From Acidobacteriota bacterium (GTDB lineage: Bacteria; Acidobacteriota; UBA6911), in contig OY761556.1 in NCBI GenBank assembly GCA_963664705.1, positions 4,448,001 through 4,512,000 on the forward strand: a DNA stretch of 64,000 bases, read 5' to 3'. Positions within the stretch are counted from its first letter, which is position 1, and the number at the start of each line of letters is the position of its first letter. Below are positions 59,415-64,000 of this stretch, piece after piece. A program made the position numbers and the translations under genes. Under the pieces are notes generated by a model, which worked only from the letters and a program-made list of their open reading frames with translations, searched no databases and was not told where the DNA came from.

Positions 59415-60860
59415 ATGCAGAGACATTCATATTTTATTAGGGCATTTGTGCTGATTGTTTTGCCCTTCCTGCTCCTCCAGGCTCCGTCCTTTGCCGCATC
59501 CGGATTCCCCGGTGCGGAGGGTTTTGGAGCCAATACCATCGGGGGCCGTGGAGGACACGTTTACGAGGTAACATCGCTCAGCGACTCCGGCACGGGAAGC
59601 CTGCGCGAATGCGTGAATGCAAGCGGTCCGAGGATCTGCGTCTTCAGGGTCGGCGGACTCATCACTCTCAGCACACCACTCGTGATCAGCAACCCCTACA
59701 TTACCATTGCCGGCCAAACAGCACCTGGCGGGGGGATTACGCTCCGAAAGGCATCTGGAGGCGACGTGTTTTCCACCCGGACGCACGATGTAATCATGCG
59801 ATACCTTACCGTCAGACCCGGTCCCGGGGGCGAAAACCATGCGGATCAGATCGGAGTGAACAATGTTGCCCTCAATAACATCCTGATCGATCACTGCACT
59901 TTTAGCTGGGGTGTGGACTCAAATATTGAAACCTGGTATCGCGTCACCAACGCGACAATCCAATGGTCCATGATTTCCGAGGCGCTCGATTGCAGTACGC
60001 ATTCCAAAGGATGCCATAGCAAAGGCCTCATGATCGGTGGATTTGCCGGCAACGAGGCGGGGACAACCATGGGCGCGGAAAATGTATCGGTACTCCACAA
60101 TCTTATAGCCCATAGCGGAGAACGCACTCCACTGATGCAGCTTTGCGGTCCCGCCCAGGTTATCAACAATGTAACCTATAACCCGTACTGGGCTTTTGCC
60201 GAACAGCAGGACGACTGCGTTCTCCCCTCAAACAACACCATTAACTGGATCGGGAACTATAACAAGAAGGGACCCGACAGCACATCCAATAGCGGCCTTA
60301 TTGTCATTCCGGCAGATTCAGGAATCTATGCCGGCTACTCAAAAGCGTATGTTAAGGGGAATATCGGCCCCAGCCGACCGAATGACACGTATCCGGAAAG
60401 CAACTGGGTCGATTCCAGGTACCGAACATTCGTGGTGACCTCTCCCGTGGCCGCACCTTCGGTCACGACCACGGATGCCACAACCGCCTTTAACGATGTG
60501 CTGGCCGATGTCGGCAACAATCGTGGACTGACTTGCGATGGAGCATGGTTTAATCGGCGGGACTCCATAGATGCCCGAGTCGTAAACGATGTCAAGAACG
60601 GCACCGGCCACATTATTGACGATCCCGCCGAAGTCGGCGGCTGGATTACGCCGGCTCCGGGCACGCAATGCCAGGATTCCGACCATGACGGCATTCCCGA
60701 TGCCTGGGAATTACTGCATGGCCTTAATCCCGCAGATCAGTCCGATGCAGCCAAGGTAAATTCAAGCGGATATACCAATCTGGACGAATACCTGGCGGGA
60801 TCCGCTGTCATCAACACACTGGCAGCTCCCACCGGCCTGCATGTCGTGAATGTCAATTAA
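59415..60860 (+). CDS. secreted pectate lyase-like (PL1-type beta-helix) protein
   Basis: FPGAEGFG.NT.GGRGG.VY.VTSL.DSG.GSLR, ITIAGQTAPG, IDHCTFSW.VD, D.D.DGIPD.WE, GYTNL..YL; alternative start at 59343. Confidence 0.87.
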   Translation: MQRHSYFIRAFVLIVLPFLLLQAPSFAASGFPGAEGFGANTIGGRGGHVYEVTSLSDSGTGSLRECVNASGPRICVFRVGGLITLSTPLVISNPYITIAGQTAPGGGITLRKASGGDVFSTRTHDVIMRYLTVRPGPGGENHADQIGVNNVALNNILIDHCTFSWGVDSNIETWYRVTNATIQWSMISEALDCSTHSKGCHSKGLMIGGFAGNEAGTTMGAENVSVLHNLIAHSGERTPLMQLCGPAQVINNVTYNPYWAFAEQQDDCVLPSNNTINWIGNYNKKGPDSTSNSGLIVIPADSGIYAGYSKAYVKGNIGPSRPNDTYPESNWVDSRYRTFVVTSPVAAPSVTTTDATTAFNDVLADVGNNRGLTCDGAWFNRRDSIDARVVNDVKNGTGHIIDDPAEVGGWITPAPGTQCQDSDHDGIPDAWELLHGLNPADQSDAAKVNSSGYTNLDEYLAGSAVINTLAAPTGLHVVNVN

Positions 60861-60873
60861 GTGAGAGCGTGGA

Positions 60874-60898
60874 GGCCTGAGGCCACAGTCCTCAGGCC
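60874..60898. terminator. hairpin between convergent genes
   Basis: ggcctgagg...cctcaggcc. Confidence 0.55.
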
Positions 60899-60921
60899 CC
60901 GCACTTGCCTGCCAATCCTCT

Positions 60922-62019
60922 TTACCTTTCACCCTGTGCCGCTCGATAATCCCATGAATGCTTGAATAGACGCCCGATGTCCGGCATGCGCTGTCCGATC
61001 CACCTCTTCATAGGATGCTGCACCCTCTTTTCGATGCCTGCATGTATTCCATAAGCGGCACATAGCATTATTACAACCGTACCCCACAGCAATATGTGAG
61101 CACTGATGCCTGGATATAAGGAATTGATAATTGCAAAACCAATATTCTGATGGATCAGATACAACGGATAGGTCATCCCTCCTACCGTCAGCCAGCTTCT
61201 CCGCCCCAGCCAACCCGTGCGCTTCAGTGCAATAACAAGCATCAGGAAATAAAACGAAACAATTATCAGACCTACGCCATAAACGCTCATTGCAACATGG
61301 TAATGCGCTTCCTGCATTCGTGCTCTTCCCAGGGACTGGAAAAGTGCCAGGCCCAATGACGAGGCAACCAGCAGTGTTCGGCCCGGGGAAATGCCCTGAG
61401 ACCAGATCAGATAATAGGCAGCCCCTCCGATGAAATACGCCGCGTAGTCGACAATCAGCAGATTCTGCAGCAGCCGTGAGACGGGAAACGCTTCCAAAAC
61501 GATCGATACTATCATCCAGCAATAAAGAAATGTTTGGGCCCTGCTCATTTTCCCTAAGGCCAGCACAATGGCCACGAGCACATAGAATCGAATTTCGATG
61601 AAAAGCGACCAATAAACTCCATCAATCGAAGGCACACCTATAAATTCGCTCAACATTGTCATATTCAGGAAATACTGACCCAGCGATGATGAATACTGCG
61701 GGTCGCGTGCAATAATGGAAACTGCATAGGTGATGCTGCAGCATGCCCAGAATGCAGGATAAAGCCTGACGACTCTCGATATCACAAAACCGCGCAGGCT
61801 CCCGCCCTTCGCGGTCATGATGATCACAAATCCGCTTATCATGAAAAAGAGGTCCACGCCCATGTATCCGTATTTGCTCAGTGGCACCAAAAGCAAATAC
61901 GGCATGGTGCACATGCCGTCTGCGGCATATCCCCTGAAGGAATAGTGATAGAAAACCACCGCAAGGGCGGCGACAAATCGCAGGAGGTCTACTTCATGGA
62001 CCCTGGCGTTCATTGACAT
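60922..62019 (-). CDS. acyltransferase-3 (OafA-like) membrane O-acyltransferase
   Basis: DLLRFVAALAVVFYH, GVDLFFMISGFVI, R..RLYP, YWSL.IEIRFY, YPLYLIH; start trimmed to MSMNARV. Confidence 0.9.
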   Translation of the reverse strand: MSMNARVHEVDLLRFVAALAVVFYHYSFRGYAADGMCTMPYLLLVPLSKYGYMGVDLFFMISGFVIIMTAKGGSLRGFVISRVVRLYPAFWACCSITYAVSIIARDPQYSSSLGQYFLNMTMLSEFIGVPSIDGVYWSLFIEIRFYVLVAIVLALGKMSRAQTFLYCWMIVSIVLEAFPVSRLLQNLLIVDYAAYFIGGAAYYLIWSQGISPGRTLLVASSLGLALFQSLGRARMQEAHYHVAMSVYGVGLIIVSFYFLMLVIALKRTGWLGRRSWLTVGGMTYPLYLIHQNIGFAIINSLYPGISAHILLWGTVVIMLCAAYGIHAGIEKRVQHPMKRWIGQRMPDIGRLFKHSWDYRAAQGER

Positions 62020-62059
62020 ACCATCATTCCAATAAAAGGGATTGGCGGAACCGGCCGCA

Positions 62060-62797
62060 TTACTGCGCAGGAAGTTTTTTTCCGAAGGCAAATATGCTCG
62101 TTCTAAGAAACCCGGGGGCGTGTCTCTGATGGAGCACTCCCAGAAAATACACAATGCTGGAGAATGCGAGATAACTCGGGGATTCCTCATACCCGTAGAC
62201 AACGCAATAAAATCCGTGCCGAATCATCATTTTCCTGATCTTCGGAATGCTATTGCACCGGTATAGCGTTGGGAAAACGCTATCCTCCGTTCTTGAATTC
62301 TGTGCAATTCTCAAAATTTTCGCATGGTGCTTGTTCGGAATTATCCTCGCGCACATTGCAACATAGCTCCATTGATTGGGCGTTCGGAGGCACAAGTATC
62401 CTCCGTCCTTTAAAACACGATGCGCCTCGGAGAAAAACCGTTCGGGCTCCTCAACATGCTCCAGCACGCTGTCGGACACGATGACATCTATCGATTCGCT
62501 CTCGACCGGCCATGCATTCCCCTGGATGAGTCTAAATTCGTCGATAAATGGGTTGGATTGAGCCTCCGCATCAACGTCAATGCCAATAACCTTGAATACT
62601 TTTCCGCGGATTGTTCTGAGCTGTTTCCGAATTGAAACCTGGTCCTTGCCAATCGTGCTCTTGCCACAGCCCACATCAAGAACCACATGCGAGATCTTTA
62701 TCAGGCCGTTCAATCTTGTGAAGAATGCAATCGTGGAATCGATATCGGTGAAATTGCCAAACCGCGCTTCCGGATAAAATATTTCCTCGGTCTTCAT
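62060..62797 (-). CDS. class I SAM-dependent methyltransferase
   Basis: VLDVGCG, IGIDVD, VLEHVEEP..FF.E..RVLK.GG...RTPN. Confidence 0.9.
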   Translation of the reverse strand: MKTEEIFYPEARFGNFTDIDSTIAFFTRLNGLIKISHVVLDVGCGKSTIGKDQVSIRKQLRTIRGKVFKVIGIDVDAEAQSNPFIDEFRLIQGNAWPVESESIDVIVSDSVLEHVEEPERFFSEAHRVLKDGGYLCLRTPNQWSYVAMCARIIPNKHHAKILRIAQNSRTEDSVFPTLYRCNSIPKIRKMMIRHGFYCVVYGYEESPSYLAFSSIVYFLGVLHQRHAPGFLRTSIFAFGKKLPAQ

Positions 62798-62860
62798 AGC
62801 GGGGATGGTCTCTCAGAATGGCGCCAGGAACCCTGATTTTATTTATGAAAATATTGCAGC

Positions 62861-63976
62861 CTAATTCACACCGCTGCCGGGATTAAGCGTTCGCTTGATC
62901 AGCTGTATGATGGGAGCCGCATTGTCCGGCACTTTCGCGTGTGAGAACAGGCGTTTGTATTCGGGCAGATCCCCTAATACCTTTTGTATCGAACAAAGAA
63001 AGGACTGTGGATCGCCGCTGTCAAAAAGCACACTCGGGATGGGCCGGGGCATTGAATTACTTGCCACTACCGGCACTCCCAGCCAGATGGCTTCGCGAAT
63101 GGAGGAGCTGTCGCCTTCGCTCCTTGTCGGTCGCAGAAAGATATCCGTGTATTTAAGCATGGGCCAGAAAACGTGTTCTTCCGACCGAATATAAACGCAC
63201 TCCGCAAATCCGCTCTTTTCGACATAGCTCCTGAGCTGCCGGATCCGGTCTTCATGCATTTCGCCATCGTAAACACTGAACAGGAAGCCGGCGCAGGGAT
63301 AGTCTTCGAGGATCCTGGGAATAATGGAGAATAGCAGATCCACGCCGTACATCCGGCCCCTTGCATTGATCCACAACTGTCCATTCGCAGCCAAAATCGG
63401 AGTATGCCTTTGCGCAAATCCTATGATCGATGCCGGAGGCTCGGTGTCAGGATCCGTTGGCACGATGAATCCGGGGATTACATGCACTTTGCTCGCGCAG
63501 ACACCCTGTTGCAATATGACGTTGGCAAGGTGTGGAGAAACGGCAACTATATGCTCTGCCTGTCGAAGTGACAGCCTGGTCATCCATTTCGCAAACCATG
63601 GCCCCTTGGCCAGGGTTTCCAGGATTCGTTCTTCACCAATGCGAAGAATATAGCGTTTCCGCCTGAATACTTTGAGCAGGAACGCAAGAAATCGAACCGT
63701 AGGCTGGCTCGTAAAGATGTAGAGGCACTTCTCCGGCGCCAGCAGCGCAAACCTTATGAACCATGATAATTGGTTGTCACGTATGCATAGCACCTGGGGA
63801 GGATTTTGTCCTTTGCTCGCACGGTTGTATACGCGAGTCCTGATTCCCTCCCGTTGCAGACACTCCAGCAACCGGAAGACATGCGTACCCATTCCTCCCC
63901 AGGGCGGAGGATAAGTCCCCCAGATCGCCAGATCCCATTGCCGCTTGCCGTTACATTTGTTTTGTCCGATTCTCAT
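62861..63976 (-). CDS. glycosyltransferase, GT4-like
   Basis: YPPPWGGM..H, IVAVS, VHVIP, DIFLRPT.SEG.SSSIREA...GVPVVAS. Confidence 0.87.
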   Translation of the reverse strand: MRIGQNKCNGKRQWDLAIWGTYPPPWGGMGTHVFRLLECLQREGIRTRVYNRASKGQNPPQVLCIRDNQLSWFIRFALLAPEKCLYIFTSQPTVRFLAFLLKVFRRKRYILRIGEERILETLAKGPWFAKWMTRLSLRQAEHIVAVSPHLANVILQQGVCASKVHVIPGFIVPTDPDTEPPASIIGFAQRHTPILAANGQLWINARGRMYGVDLLFSIIPRILEDYPCAGFLFSVYDGEMHEDRIRQLRSYVEKSGFAECVYIRSEEHVFWPMLKYTDIFLRPTRSEGDSSSIREAIWLGVPVVASNSMPRPIPSVLFDSGDPQSFLCSIQKVLGDLPEYKRLFSHAKVPDNAAPIIQLIKRTLNPGSGVN

Positions 63977-64000
63977 GACCTGGGCCCGGCCGGGTTCCCT

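Noticed and set aside
62020-62202. N-terminal extension of the acyltransferase ORF
   Set aside because: It overlaps the methyltransferase gene; family motifs begin only after 62019.
63973-64000. 3' end of an upstream gene overlapping the GT4 start (ATGA)
   Set aside because: Only 28 bp are visible, which is too little to support a call.

Overview
Chromosomal window from a moderately GC-rich bacterium. Oar-like TonB-dependent receptors, a Tat-signal aldo/keto reductase, a GxxExxY gene and an NtrY/NtrX pair suggest Acidobacteriota or a similar lineage (inference). Gene order: cydAB (cydB cut by the window edge); a TonB-C protein and a small coiled-coil ORF; trmL; ntrYX-like pair; NDP-sugar epimerase; tRNA-Ser(GGA) followed by a short accessory block; M16 peptidase, hemN, hemH, TlpA; LysM-NlpC/P60; a GxxExxY cassette array; gdhA, a receiver/PEP-synthase-like protein, a Zn-ribbon protein, a second GDH and a B12 radical SAM gene; glcDF-like pair; an MFS gene with a decayed duplicate; two paralogous TonB-dependent receptors; AKR; CoA-transferase; RRM protein; and the edge of a polysaccharide cluster containing an FN3 + pectate lyase pair. 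The most unusual structure is the GxxExxY (PD-(D/E)XK-like) gene, which is bounded by CACGAATT-based inverted repeats. Two tandem mini-copies follow it, and their two shared deletions (74+151 nt) restore the frame to a 46-aa ORF. Gene-less copies of the same inverted repeat occur elsewhere in the window. No integrase, transposase, reverse transcriptase, CRISPR array or rRNA was seen. All product calls come from motif recognition by eye, not database searches.
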